From contig CAWFGE010000017.1 in assembly GCA_963815195.1 (NCBI GenBank), positions 224,001 through 288,000 on the forward strand: a stretch of 64,000 bases of DNA. The letters are read 5' to 3'. The notes beneath the pieces are model-generated. The model was given only the letters and a program-made list of their open reading frames with translations, made no database searches and was not told where the DNA came from. Below are positions 37,415 through 49,918 of the stretch, in pieces; the first letter of the stretch is position 1; each line of letters opens with the position of its first letter. Source of the DNA: an uncultured Planctomycetaceae bacterium. GTDB lineage: Bacteria; Planctomycetota; Planctomycetia; Planctomycetales; Planctomycetaceae. The position numbers and the translations under genes are program-made.

Positions 37415-38452
37415 TTAAGGATCAATCGGGGGCGTGGGCCGCGGATAGGGAAACCGCGTGGGGGACTCGGCGATGGCGGGAGCCCGGTCTTCCGAGCCGT
37501 CGGCGTGTCCGTTGGCATGCGGGGCCGAGGATTCACCGTCCCCATGCGAAGGGGTCTCGGGTGGGGCCCCGGACGGGTTTGGTCCGAAGACGGGGAACTT
37601 GACCTTGAACGGATCCCGCCCGTCCATCAGCCGGCGGGCTTTGGCCACGTGGACCTCGCCCATTTGCCAAAAGAACTCTTTCTCCGGGCCGAGCGGACGC
37701 GATTGGTCCAGGCGGTCTTGCTGCACGAGCAGATGGGTGAGGATATAGTCGCGCGAAACGAACAACAGGTGCTGGGCAATGCGGCCCTGCCGGGTTTTGG
37801 TGGACCCGCGCTTGTCCAATTCGGGGATGAGGGGGGGCAGCTCGCGCCGGGCGCGGCTTTGGATTTTTCGCCATTCGGGCGGAGGGGCGTTTTCGGCCCG
37901 GAGTTTTTCCATGTCGTCCCAAATGCCGATCACCGTCTCGAAGTCCCTTTGGTTGATGTGCCGGGCGTAAATCTGGTTCCAAGGCACAAAAGACAGCCCG
38001 ATCGCCAGAAACGTGCACACGACGAACGTCAGGGCCTTCCAGTTCATGCGGAGTTTTTCCATCTGCGTTTCCGTGACAACCGCCCCGATCCCTTCGGCGC
38101 GGGTGGGAAACTGTTGCCAGGTTCCGTCGAACTGAAAAATATGCAAGAGTTCCTGCATGTCGTGCGACAATTCGCAGACGGCAAACCGGCCGCCCTTGGA
38201 CTCGACCCGGTCCGCCCATTCGCACAGCGCCCCCAGGATTTTCGCCCCGAAATAATTCGAGGCGCCGAAATCGACGAGCACGTTCTGGTAGCGGTCTTTT
38301 TCGAGGAGCGCCAACAAGGCCGCGTGCTCCACGTTAAAATTCATATTGGCAAAACCGGCGGGATCTCCCTTGGGCGAGACGATCAACGTGTCGCCCCGCT
38401 GCTCGACCAGAAACAGCCGATGCAGATCGATCCGGTGCTGATATTTCGGCAT
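37415..38452 (-). CDS. STAS domain-TM-helical domain protein
   Basis: N-terminal STAS-like NVLVDFGASNYFGAKILG...GGRFAVCEL; TM ALTFVVCTFLAIGLSFVPW; GGAGGA RBS. Confidence 0.75.
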   Translation of the reverse strand: MPKYQHRIDLHRLFLVEQRGDTLIVSPKGDPAGFANMNFNVEHAALLALLEKDRYQNVLVDFGASNYFGAKILGALCEWADRVESKGGRFAVCELSHDMQELLHIFQFDGTWQQFPTRAEGIGAVVTETQMEKLRMNWKALTFVVCTFLAIGLSFVPWNQIYARHINQRDFETVIGIWDDMEKLRAENAPPPEWRKIQSRARRELPPLIPELDKRGSTKTRQGRIAQHLLFVSRDYILTHLLVQQDRLDQSRPLGPEKEFFWQMGEVHVAKARRLMDGRDPFKVKFPVFGPNPSGAPPETPSHGDGESSAPHANGHADGSEDRAPAIAESPTRFPYPRPTPPIDP

Positions 38453-38853
38453 TCACCAAAGTCCTCCCGCGGGGACCGTGAACTCGAGCTCATGGTTTGA
38501 CGTTGGACGAGGAAAGCTGTCTCACTGGAAATCGGCGGTTGAAAGAAAAAATCCGTTCGGTTCGAAAAGAAAAATGGACGGGGCGGAATGTCCGGTTTAG
38601 AGTTGCTGTGAGGAAAGGAAGGAACATTCCCGCGGCACTGGTTACCATTTTGTCCGACGGAGGGTCAATTTTTCCATCGAAAAATGCTGGAACCTTGGCC
38701 CGTTGGGGAGAATAATTGCAATAAACTTGGGGGAAGCGCGTTTTTCTCCGCATTGCCCCCAAAGCCTTGCAGGGTTTCCCCCCGGAACATCCCACAGACA
38801 CGACAGACAGGGAAACGCCAAACATTAGCCACAGGGCTGCGGTTCATGGGAAG

Positions 38854-38880
38854 AACCGGGGCTAGCGCCCTGCGGCTGAT
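38854..38880. repeat. REP-like palindrome, family C
   Basis: Reverse complement ATCAGCCGCAGGGCGCTAGCCCCGGTT. Confidence 0.65.
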
Positions 38881-38915
38881 TGATTACTCGAACTTGTAAC
38901 TTGAAAACAGAATCT

Positions 38916-40856
<1,941 letters not shown>

Positions 40857-41118
40857 ATCGGTAAGAAAGGCGGCTGGCGTCATGAACTGGTTTAGCCAAC
40901 GAGGTCGCGAGTTCCCAATCCACCTCGCGATTAAGACTTGCATCGGCATCGGCGGTCCTTCTCGGCGCGGCAATCGTTTCCGGCATGGTCTTCGCGCCCG
41001 GCCGGGCTAACGGATGGGGCGTCTCAAAGCATTCCGTCTTCGCCGGGGTCGCTCGAATTGAAAAGTCGGGGACCGAGTGAAATTGCCAATTCTCTTCCGC
41101 ATCCAAGAGGTGACCCCG

Positions 41119-42210
41119 ATGTCGTTGCCCAACCGCCGCAATGCTCTGCAAATGCTGGGCGGCACGCTTGCGTGTTCCGTCTTGTCCCAGACCGGGCCGG
41201 CCGCCGAGAGGGCCCCAAAGGCAAAACCCGGCCGGCGGATCAAGATCGGTCAGATCGGCGTCGGACATGCTCACGCGAGCAAGCTGTCGGTTTATCGTTC
41301 GTCCCCGGATTACGAAGTCGTGGGCATCGTGGAATCCGACCCCGCGTTCCGGCAGCGGGCACAGAATCAACCGGCCTACAAAGATGGGCCCTGGATGACC
41401 GAGGAGCAGTTGCTGAATTCGCCGGGCCTCGAAGCGGTGCTCGTGGAAACCCGCGTTCGCGATTTGCTGAACACGGCCCAAGCGTGCGTCGCCGCGGGGA
41501 AGCACATCCACTTGGACAAGCCCGCCGGTGAATCGCTGCCGCAGTTTCGGCGGATTCTCGAATCCGCCAGCCGGCAGAAGCTCTTGGTGCAAATGGGCTA
41601 TATGTACCGCTATAACCCCGCCGTGGTGTTGCTGCGGGAATTTTTGGAGAAAGGCTGGCTGGGCGACGTCTTCGAGGTCCACACCGTGATGAGCAAAGTC
41701 GTCAACCCCGCGGCCCGCAACGGTCTCGCGGATTACCGCGGCGGGATCATGTTTGAACTGGGCTGCCACATTATCGATCTGGTGGTCGGCGTCCTGGGCA
41801 ACCCGGCCAAGGTCACGGCGTTTTCGCAGCATGCCGGCCCGGTCGCGGACGGCCTCGCGGACAATATGCTCGCGGTGTTTGAATATCCCAAAGCCATGGC
41901 CACGGTGAAATCGAGCGCGATGGAAGTCGACGGTTTCGCCCGCCGGCATTTAGCGGTCTGTGGGACGGAAGGCACGTTTCACATCCAACCGCTGGACAAC
42001 CCCAGCGCCCGCGTGGCGCTCGCGACCCGCAGGGATTCGTACAAAAAGGGCTATCAGGACGTCGCGTTCCCCAAATACACGCGCTATGTGGGCGATGCCC
42101 TGGACATGGCCCGCATCATCCGCGGCGAAAAGCCGAGCGATTTCCCCATCGAACACGATCTCGCCGTGCAAACAGCCCTGCTTTCCGCCTGCGGCCTGCC
42201 GTTGGATTGA
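41119..42210 (+). CDS. Gfo/Idh/MocA oxidoreductase with Tat signal
   Basis: NRRNAL; GQIGVGH, GKHIHLDKP, GYMYRY, ELGCHIID. Confidence 0.9.
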   Translation: MSLPNRRNALQMLGGTLACSVLSQTGPAAERAPKAKPGRRIKIGQIGVGHAHASKLSVYRSSPDYEVVGIVESDPAFRQRAQNQPAYKDGPWMTEEQLLNSPGLEAVLVETRVRDLLNTAQACVAAGKHIHLDKPAGESLPQFRRILESASRQKLLVQMGYMYRYNPAVVLLREFLEKGWLGDVFEVHTVMSKVVNPAARNGLADYRGGIMFELGCHIIDLVVGVLGNPAKVTAFSQHAGPVADGLADNMLAVFEYPKAMATVKSSAMEVDGFARRHLAVCGTEGTFHIQPLDNPSARVALATRRDSYKKGYQDVAFPKYTRYVGDALDMARIIRGEKPSDFPIEHDLAVQTALLSACGLPLD

Positions 42211-42254
42211 GTTTGAAGTTCTTCGCTGTGTGTGCTTCAAAAAAGTAAAAGCAG

Positions 42255-42280
42255 GGCGGCAGAATGCCTCCGCTACGTTG
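42255..42280. repeat. REP-like palindrome, family B variant
   Basis: Reverse complement CAACGTAGCGGAGGCATTCTGCCGCC. Confidence 0.65.
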
Positions 42281-42352
42281 GCGTTGGGCTGGCGGTGTCG
42301 GTAGGATCGTATGGGCTTTCAGGCTCCAAGTTTTTCTTTTGGCGGATCAACA

Positions 42353-43441
42353 ATGATGCGGCTAACGCTGGGCGTGGTTTTGGGTTTCGGGCTTTTGAGC
42401 GAGTTGGCTCTCGCAGGCGAAGTCGTCACCATCGCGGGGACTGGGAAAGCGGAATACGCCGGCGACGGCGGACCGGCGACCGCAGCCGGCGTGGGCGGGC
42501 CATTCGGTCTTGTCATCGGACCGGATGGTGCGCTTTACATTTGCGAAACGACCAACCACGTCATCCGCCGCTGGGATCCCCAGACGCACAGGCTGAGCAC
42601 CGTCGCGGGCAGCGGGAAAAAAGGTTACGCGGGCGACGGCGGACCGGCCACGTCCGCGAAACTCAACGAACCTTATGAAATCCGTTTCGACAAAGCCGGG
42701 AACCTGTTCTTCGTCGAGATGCAAAACCACCTCGTCCGGCGGGTCGATGCAGAGACCGGCGTAATCTCCACGGTGGCGGGCACCGGCGAGCAGGGCTTCT
42801 CCGGCGACGGCGGCCCCGCGACCCAAGCCAGCTTGAATCATCCGCACTCGATCGCCTTGGACGACTCCGGAAACCTTTACATCTGCGACATCGGCAATCA
42901 CCGCGTTCGGCGGGTGAATCTGAAATCGGGGGGCATCGAAACCTTCGCCGGCACCGGCCAACGAAAACCGACGCCCGACGGAGCCAGGCTCAAAGGCACG
43001 CCGCTCAACGGTCCCCGCGCATTGGATTACGATCCGCAATCGAACCAATTGGTTCTGGCCCTCCGCGAAGGCAACGCGGTGTATCGGATCGATCTGAAGA
43101 GCGAAACCTTGCACCACATCGCCGGCACCGGGAAACAAGGCTACGCGGGGGACGGCGGGCCGGCGAAACAGGCGGTCTTGTCCGGTCCGAAAGGCGTCGC
43201 CTTGGGGCCTGGAGGCGATCTCTTTCTCGCCGACACCGAAAGCCACACGATCCGCGTGATCCGCCACAAGTCGGGCCTCATCGAAACCGTCGTGGGCGAC
43301 GGGAAAAAAGGCGACGGTCCCGACGGCGATCCCCGCCGGTGCCGTTTGAACCGGCCGCACGGGATCTTTGTGGATTCAGGCGGGACTGTCTATATTGGAG
43401 ACAGTTCCAACAACAAAGTCCGACGATTCCCGGCCCGGTAG
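42353..43441 (+). CDS. NHL-repeat beta-propeller protein
   Basis: Repeated TVAG.G..GY.GDGGPA..A.LN.P..I units; signal peptide. Confidence 0.92.
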   Translation: MMRLTLGVVLGFGLLSELALAGEVVTIAGTGKAEYAGDGGPATAAGVGGPFGLVIGPDGALYICETTNHVIRRWDPQTHRLSTVAGSGKKGYAGDGGPATSAKLNEPYEIRFDKAGNLFFVEMQNHLVRRVDAETGVISTVAGTGEQGFSGDGGPATQASLNHPHSIALDDSGNLYICDIGNHRVRRVNLKSGGIETFAGTGQRKPTPDGARLKGTPLNGPRALDYDPQSNQLVLALREGNAVYRIDLKSETLHHIAGTGKQGYAGDGGPAKQAVLSGPKGVALGPGGDLFLADTESHTIRVIRHKSGLIETVVGDGKKGDGPDGDPRRCRLNRPHGIFVDSGGTVYIGDSSNNKVRRFPAR

Positions 43442-43445
43442 CCTT

Positions 43446-43841
43446 ATGTCTGTTGTCACCGACAAGTGGAAACAAGCCCGCGCGGTTTGGCAAAAGATTC
43501 GTGCGTTCGGAAGCCTTTGGCTGGCGCTGACCGGATTGGGGGGCTTTGTCGTCCTCGTGGGCGGGCCCTGGATTTTGGGGTTGCTGACGAATCTGTTCGG
43601 ACCCGCCGCGGCCCGGCCCGGCCGGGTGATTACGCTGGACATGCTCTTCACGCTGCCGTTCGCGGTTTATTTTTGGATCCAGGAACGCCGGCTCGAAAAC
43701 GAAACCGTCCTCTGTCCGGGTTGCGGCGAGCGGTACGCGAAAACAAATGCCTCGTGCCCCATGTGCGGCCGCGCCCGCCCGGAAGATCTCGAAGAAGAAA
43801 AACAACCGAATGAAACCACCGCATCGTCCGCCAAATCGTAA
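43446..43841 (+). CDS. small membrane protein with C-terminal zinc ribbon
   Basis: Two hydrophobic segments; CPGC...CPMC; starts 4 bp after the NHL gene. Confidence 0.6.
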   Translation: MSVVTDKWKQARAVWQKIRAFGSLWLALTGLGGFVVLVGGPWILGLLTNLFGPAAARPGRVITLDMLFTLPFAVYFWIQERRLENETVLCPGCGERYAKTNASCPMCGRARPEDLEEEKQPNETTASSAKS

Positions 43842-43872
43842 TCGTACGAAATTCTGCGCGTGTTATCGTGCG

Positions 43873-44007
43873 AATCCGAAGCACGAAATCCGAAATCCGA
43901 AACAAATTCCAAATGCGAATATTCCAAACCAAACTCTCAATCGATTAAGCCCACCTGGAGATTGGAATTTCGGTCATTGGGATTCCGGGATTCGGATTTC
44001 GAGTTTT
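43873..44007. repeat. inverted pair of degenerate heptamer arrays
   Basis: CGAAATCCGAAATCCGAAAC on the left; GGATTCGGATTTCGAGTTT on the right. Confidence 0.6.
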
Positions 44008-44061
44008 CCAGCGTGCGCCGTGATGTAATCGCAACTGCCGTTTGTTTTGAGGAGAATTCTT

Positions 44062-45249
44062 ATGAAGCACCGCCTGTGTGTCTGGTCCGTGTTGGCATTG
44101 GCATTTCAAGTCCACGCGCTCCAAGCGGAGGATGTCGCCTGGAAGCGGGTGCAGTTGGATGCGGCGTTTCGCTCGGAAGGCGTCGCCGCCGCGGATGTCA
44201 ACCACGACGGCCAAATCGACGTGCTCGCCGGCGATGTGTGGTACGAAGCCCCGGATTGGAAAATGCACGAAATCCGCACGCCGGGCAAATTCGTCGCGGG
44301 CCAGGGCTACAGCACGAGCTTCGCCAACTGGGCCTATGATGTGAACCGCGACGGCTGGGACGATTTCCTCCTCGTCGGCTTTCCGGGAGCGCCGTTTCAC
44401 TGGTACGAAAACCCGCAGAACAAGCCCGGCCATTGGAAAGAACACCTCATCTGGCACAGCGCCTGCAACGAAACGCCCGACTTTGAAGACCTCACCGGCG
44501 ACGGCGAGCCCGAATTGATCCTCGGCTCGCAACCGGAATCCCAAATGGGCTATCTGCCCATCCCGCCGAAGAACCAGGCCGATCAGAAGTGGACCTTCCA
44601 CGCCATCAGCGAAAAAGGCGATCCGGGCAAAAACGGCACCTTCAAGTATTACCACGGCTTAGGGGTAGGCGATATGAACCGCGACCGCCGGCAGGATGTC
44701 GTCATTCCCCACGGCTGGTGGGAGCAGCCTTCCAATCCCGAAGACGTGCCCTGGAAGTTTCACCCGCTGAACCTCGGCAAGCCCGGCCAAGGCCCGCTGC
44801 CCGCGTCCAACCTGTATGTGGACGATCTGGATTTGGACGGCGATCAGGATGTGCTGATGAGTTCCGCCCACACCTTCGGCGTGTGGTGGTTTGAGAACAC
44901 CGGCGAGGATTTCAAATATCACCTGATCGATGAATCCTACTCGCAAACCCACGCCGTGGAGTACGTGGACCTCAACGGCGACGGCAGCAAAGACCTCGTC
45001 ACGGGCAAACGCTTCTTTGCCCACAACGGCCACGACCCCGGCGGCAAAGACGCCGTCGTGATGTATTGGTACGAGATCAAAAAATCGAAAAACCAGCCGC
45101 CCGAATTCGTCCGCCACGAAATCGCAGAAGGTCGGGACACGGGCGTCGGCACGCAGTTTCTGGTGAAAGACATCAACAAAGACAACCGCCCGGACATCAT
45201 CCTGTCGAACAAAAAAGGCGTCAACATCTTGCTGCAAAAAGCGCCGTAA
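44062..45249 (+). CDS. FG-GAP/VCBS repeat beta-propeller protein
   Basis: Repeated DxNxDG motifs (DVNHDG, DVNRDG, DLTGDG, DLDLDG, DLNGDG); GAGGAG RBS; signal peptide. Confidence 0.9.
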   Translation: MKHRLCVWSVLALAFQVHALQAEDVAWKRVQLDAAFRSEGVAAADVNHDGQIDVLAGDVWYEAPDWKMHEIRTPGKFVAGQGYSTSFANWAYDVNRDGWDDFLLVGFPGAPFHWYENPQNKPGHWKEHLIWHSACNETPDFEDLTGDGEPELILGSQPESQMGYLPIPPKNQADQKWTFHAISEKGDPGKNGTFKYYHGLGVGDMNRDRRQDVVIPHGWWEQPSNPEDVPWKFHPLNLGKPGQGPLPASNLYVDDLDLDGDQDVLMSSAHTFGVWWFENTGEDFKYHLIDESYSQTHAVEYVDLNGDGSKDLVTGKRFFAHNGHDPGGKDAVVMYWYEIKKSKNQPPEFVRHEIAEGRDTGVGTQFLVKDINKDNRPDIILSNKKGVNILLQKAP

Positions 45250-45315
45250 CACCTTTGATTTTAGAGCCGCGATCCAAAACCGCTTCCTCGTTTTTCCATC
45301 CTAAAGGTGCAACTC

Positions 45316-47534
45316 ATGGGTCACGTTCCTCGTTCTTACAGGTTTCGCCGGCCGTTTTTGTGCTGGATTGGTGTCGCCGTTTTCTCGATGGGCTTAATCC
45401 AAATCGGGCGGGCCAAGCCGCGGGTTTATCCGGAAGGCGAATTGCCGAAGGACCGCCGGTTGGAAGCGCCTAAGGACCTCGACGATTATTTTCCGTTCGA
45501 TGTGCCCAAGACGAAAACGGATTGGGAAAAGCGGGCCGGGGAACTTCGCCGGCGGGTTTTGGTGGCGACGGGCTTGTGGCCGATGCCCGAGAAGACGCCC
45601 CTCCATCCGCAGATCTACGGAAAGACGCAGCGAGACGGGTTTACCGTCGAGAAGGTTTACTTCGAAAGCCTGCCGGGACATTTCGTCACCGGCCTGTTGT
45701 TTCGGCCTGAAGGCGGGGGTGATCAGAAGCGTCCCGGCATATTATGCCCGCACGGTCACGGCGGCCGGCTGCAGGACTACGGCGAAAAAGCGATGCCGAA
45801 GTTGATTGAGCAAGGCGCGGAACGCTTCGAGAAGTCCGGGCGGTTTCCTAAGCTCGCCCGCTGCGCCCAGTTGGCCCGCATGGGGTGCGTCGCGTTCATT
45901 TTCGATATGGAAGGCTACGCGGACAGCCAGCAGCTTTCCACTCAACTCATCCATCGCTTCGCCAAGCAGCGGCCGGACGCGGATTCCAAAACGTCCTGGG
46001 GGTTCTATGGCCCGCAGGCGGAACTCCGGCTCGAAAGCGTGATGGGCCTCCAGACCTGGAACTCGATCCGGGCGCTCGATTTTCTATGCGGCCTGCCGGA
46101 CGTCGATGCCGACCGCGTCGCGGTGACCGGAGGCAGCGGCGGCGGGACGCAGACGATTCTGCTTTGCGCCATCGATCCCCGCCCCAAGGCGGCCTTCCCG
46201 CAGGGCATGGTCTCCACGAGCATGCAGGGCGGCTGCACTTGCGAGAATTGCAGCTTGCTACGGATCGGCACGGGCAATGTGGAACTCGCCGCGCTGTTCG
46301 CGCCCGCCCGCAGGCGATGACCGCCGCGAACGACTGGACGAAGGAAATGATGACCAAGGGCTATCCGGAACTGCAAAAGCTGTATTCGTTCTATGACGCG
46401 AAGGAGAACGTGGGGTGTTATCCGCAGCTCCACTTCCCGCACAACTACAACGCGGCCACGCGGGCGTTGATGTATTCCTGGATGAACAAGCACCTCAATC
46501 TGGGTCTCAAAGAGCCGATCGCCGAAAAGGATTTCGCGCCGCTGACGCCGGCAGAATACACCGTCTGGGACGCGGAGCATCCCCAGCCCGCCGGCGGGGA
46601 CGACCACGAACGCTACGTGACGAAATATCTTTGGGACCAGGCCCAGAAAAAGATCCAAGCGGCCGCCCCGAAAGACGCCGAGTCGCTCAAGGCCTACCGC
46701 GAAATCGTGGGCGGGGGTTGGGAAACGATCGTCGGCCGCGATCTGCCCAAGCCTCTGGACATCGTGCGGGCCAAAATCGACAAACAGAAACAGGCGGGGT
46801 ATCTCTATTTCGAGGACACTCTGCACCTCGACACACACGATGAGGAACTGCCCGTGATCTCGTTCTATCCGACGAGCACCGCCTGGAACGGGGAAGTCGT
46901 GATCTGGGTGGACGGAGCCGGGAAAAAGGCGCTGTTGGGCGAAGGCGGCGAGCCGCGCGCGGAAGTTCGCCGACTGCTCGACGCCGGGGTTTCGGTGGTG
47001 AGCGCGGACCTGTTCCTTCAAGGGGAATTCTTGAGCGGCATCGACTCTGTCAAAGAGCAGCGTGTGGTGAAGAACCCCCGCGAGTTCGCCGGCTTCACCT
47101 TCGGCTACAACAATCCGCTCTTCGTCCAGCGGGTGCATGACGTGATGACCTTGATCGCCTTCGTCAAAGGCGACGAGCACGAGGTCAAGAAAGTGGATCT
47201 GTTGGGGACGGGCGGGGCCGGGCCGATTGCCTTAGCCGCGCGGGCAATGGCCGGGGCCAAAGTGAATAAAGCCGCGGTCGACACCGAAGGCTTTCGCTTC
47301 GTGAACCTGACAAGCTATCGCGATGTGAACTTTGTGCCCGGGGCGGTGAAGTACGGCGACGTGCCGGGACTGCTCGCGCTCTCGGCTCCGAATCCGCTCT
47401 GGATCGGCGGAGAGAAAACGATTCCGCCGATTGTAAAACAAGCCTACGAAGCGGCGGGTCAGCCCGATCAGGTGCAGTCGGCCGGGTCGCGGTTGGACAC
47501 GCTCAACGCGGCTGTGGAATGGCTGTTGAAGTAA
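45316..47534 (+). CDS. alpha/beta hydrolase, acetyl xylan esterase-like; one frameshift
   Basis: VEKVYFES, CPHGH, nucleophile TGGSGGGTQT, GCTCEN; ORFs join near 46305 (FAP-RPQAMTAANDWT); HNYN. Confidence 0.88.
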
Positions 47535-47554
47535 ACGGGGCAATATCCAAACGA

Positions 47555-47586
47555 AAACCGGCGGAGTCGGCTGGCTTCGCCGGTTT
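47555..47586. terminator. bidirectional intrinsic terminator
   Basis: 14-bp stem AAACCGGCGGAGTC / GGCTTCGCCGGTTT between convergent genes. Confidence 0.7.
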
Positions 47587-47602
47587 GCGTTTGATTTCCG
47601 CG

Positions 47603-47977
47603 TTATTCGTTTTTTCCGGGAAGCTCGCCGGCTTTCAGCAGATCGCCGAAGGTTTTGCCTTCCGTCGCGCTCTTTTCGGCTTCGATCTTTTCAATCGCCT
47701 CGCGGATCGTGTTTTTGTTGGCGACGTTTTTCGCGCCCAGGGCCTTTTCCAACGCCTTGCCGTAGTTGTTGCGGGCCTTTTTCTTCTCTTGGGCTCCGGG
47801 AGGATGGCAAACGCCGCATTTGACTTTCTTCACCTGCTCCGAGAGGGCCGGGTATTTTGCGGCGAACACCTCGCGGTATTGCGGTCTGGCTTCTCCTGGC
47901 TGGGGACCGAGGATCGAGACCGCCGCGACGACGGCGGCCAACAGGCCCAGCGGGAAATACGGCTGCAAACGTTTCAT
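47603..47977 (-). CDS. small monoheme c-type cytochrome-like protein (copy 2)
   Basis: GGAGG RBS; signal peptide (GEA-RPQY); CGVCH; paralogue of the adjacent gene. Confidence 0.8.
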   Translation of the reverse strand: MKRLQPYFPLGLLAAVVAAVSILGPQPGEARPQYREVFAAKYPALSEQVKKVKCGVCHPPGAQEKKKARNNYGKALEKALGAKNVANKNTIREAIEKIEAEKSATEGKTFGDLLKAGELPGKNE

Positions 47978-48047
47978 CGTGTTCCTCCATGCGGGTCCAA
48001 GGGGTCCGAAGAGTTTCGCCACAAAACGCGAAAACCTTCGGAACTGG

Positions 48048-48082
48048 GAAAAGCAAGACCATCCTGGCGGGGATGGTCTTGC
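48048..48082 (-). terminator. intrinsic terminator between the two cytochrome genes
   Basis: 12-bp perfect stem GCAAGACCATCC / GGATGGTCTTGC followed by TTTT on the minus strand. Confidence 0.7.
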
Positions 48083-48119
48083 GGGAAATCCTGATTGTTC
48101 GGTCGGCGGCCGCCGGCGA

Positions 48120-48503
48120 TTATTCTTCGGCTTTGCCGGGCAGTTTGCCGTCATTCAGCAGATCGCCGAAGGTTTTGCCTTCTTCGGCGCTTTTTTCTTT
48201 TTCAATTTTCGCCAGGGCGGCTTTGATGGCGTCTTCGTCGGTTTCGTTCTTTTTGGGCAGGGCTTTTTTCAAGGCCATGCCGTAGTTATTCCGTTTTTCT
48301 TTGTCCATTTTGCCGTCGGCGGTTTTTCCGTGGCAGACAAAGCACGTGATTTTGTTGTTCTCGGCGACTTTCTCGTAGTTCTTTTGGAACACGGTCCGGT
48401 ATTTCGGACGGGCGTCCACGGTTTCGCCGCTGGAGAACACGATCGCTCCCGCGAGGACCGCCATGACGGTCAACAAAGTAGGCATTTTCCACGTCTTCTG
48501 CAT
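48120..48503 (-). CDS. small monoheme c-type cytochrome-like protein (copy 1)
   Basis: GGGAG RBS; signal peptide (VDA-RPKY); CFVCH. Confidence 0.8.
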   Translation of the reverse strand: MQKTWKMPTLLTVMAVLAGAIVFSSGETVDARPKYRTVFQKNYEKVAENNKITCFVCHGKTADGKMDKEKRNNYGMALKKALPKKNETDEDAIKAALAKIEKEKSAEEGKTFGDLLNDGKLPGKAEE

Positions 48504-48632
48504 CAAAAAATCTCCCATCGGGTTCTAATGATGGCTCGACACCAAAACCGGCCCCACCGGAGTCGGTTTTATGGACTTTTCACACATTGAATCACCCGGA
48601 AGGGTGTTATTGACGAGCCGAAACACTCAATT

Positions 48633-48661
48633 ATTAGAATCGGGGTGACCATGCATGTCAA
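48633..48661 (-). promoter_or_regulatory. putative sigma-70 promoter for the cytochrome pair
   Basis: TTGACA-17 nt-TCTAAT on the minus strand. Confidence 0.55.
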
Positions 48662-48891
48662 CTCAATGATCCCATGGATTTCCCGAGTCCGCACCCGACA
48701 GACAACGCCGCGGAATTTTCGCGCAGGGCACGTCCTGAGCGCAGAGAAGGGCGTGGTTTTCGCGATTTGCCACCCGATCCGACTTGCGCAAAGCGATATT
48801 TCCGACAGAAGGTTGCCCGGGCTTTGCGGAAACGCTACAAGGTGGGGGAGATAGGATTACTTTTTCAAATGCCCATCAAGGAGCCGGTGAG

Positions 48892-49881
48892 ATGAAAACT
48901 CCGATTCGCGTGGCGGTGACGGGAGCCGCGGGAAATATTGGTTATGCGATGGTGTTTCGGTTGGCGTCGGGGGAAATCTTCGGACCCGACCAGCCCGTGA
49001 TTGTGCATCTCGTGGAGATTCCGCCGGCGATGTCGGCCCTCGACGGCGTGGAGATGGAACTCGACGACTGCGCGTTCCCCACGCTGGCGGGCGTGGTCAA
49101 GGCGGACAGCGATCATCTGGAAGACGGGTTTGCCGATTGTAACTTTGTGCTCTGCGTGGGCAGCGTGCCCCGCGGGAAGGGCATGGAGCGGGCCGACTTG
49201 ATTCGCGTCAACGGGCCGATCTTCACCAGCACCGGCAAAGCCATTGGAGCCGCGGCTGCGGATGACGTGCGGATTCTCGTCGTGGGGAATCCCTGCAATA
49301 CGAACTGCTTGATCGCGATGGCGAACGCCCCCGACGTGCCCCGCGACCGCTGGTTTGCGATGACCCGGCTCGATCAAAACCGGGCCATGACGCAACTCGC
49401 CCAAAAAGCCGGCGTCCCGGTGGCGGACGTGAAGAACGTCACGATCTGGGGCAACCATTCCACCACGCAGTATCCCGATTTTTATCACGCGACCATCGGC
49501 GGAAAGCCCGCGACCGAAGTTATCAAAGACGAAAACTGGCTGAAGAACGATTTTATTGCGACCGTGCAAAAGCGCGGGGCCGCGGTGATCGAAGCCCGCG
49601 GCGCGTCGAGCGCCGCCTCGGCCGCGAATGCCGCCTTGGGGAGCATCAAGAGCATTATCAACCCCACGCCCGCGGGCGAAACCTTCAGCAATGCGATGGC
49701 GAGCGACGGCAGCTATGGCATCGACGAGGGCCTGATCTTCGGCTTCCCGCTCACGAGCGACGGCGGGTCCTGCACCATCGTCCCAGGCCAGGAGCACAAC
49801 GAGTTCGGCCAACAAAAGCTCCAAGCCACCCTCGAAGAACTCCGCAGCGAACGCGACACGGTCAAAGACTTGCTGCCATGA
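48892..49881 (+). CDS. mdh: malate dehydrogenase (type 2)
   Basis: [57 protein letters not shown]. Confidence 0.96.
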   Translation: MKTPIRVAVTGAAGNIGYAMVFRLASGEIFGPDQPVIVHLVEIPPAMSALDGVEMELDDCAFPTLAGVVKADSDHLEDGFADCNFVLCVGSVPRGKGMERADLIRVNGPIFTSTGKAIGAAAADDVRILVVGNPCNTNCLIAMANAPDVPRDRWFAMTRLDQNRAMTQLAQKAGVPVADVKNVTIWGNHSTTQYPDFYHATIGGKPATEVIKDENWLKNDFIATVQKRGAAVIEARGASSAASAANAALGSIKSIINPTPAGETFSNAMASDGSYGIDEGLIFGFPLTSDGGSCTIVPGQEHNEFGQQKLQATLEELRSERDTVKDLLP

Positions 49882-49918
49882 TTTGGCATCGGAAGCGTAG
49901 CAAAAAAACCGCCGCCAA

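Noticed and set aside
48610..48640. Plus-strand sigma-70 promoter TTGACG...TAGAAT for mdh
   Set aside because: The 19-nt spacer is too long; the overlapping minus-strand TTGACA-17-TCTAAT fits better.
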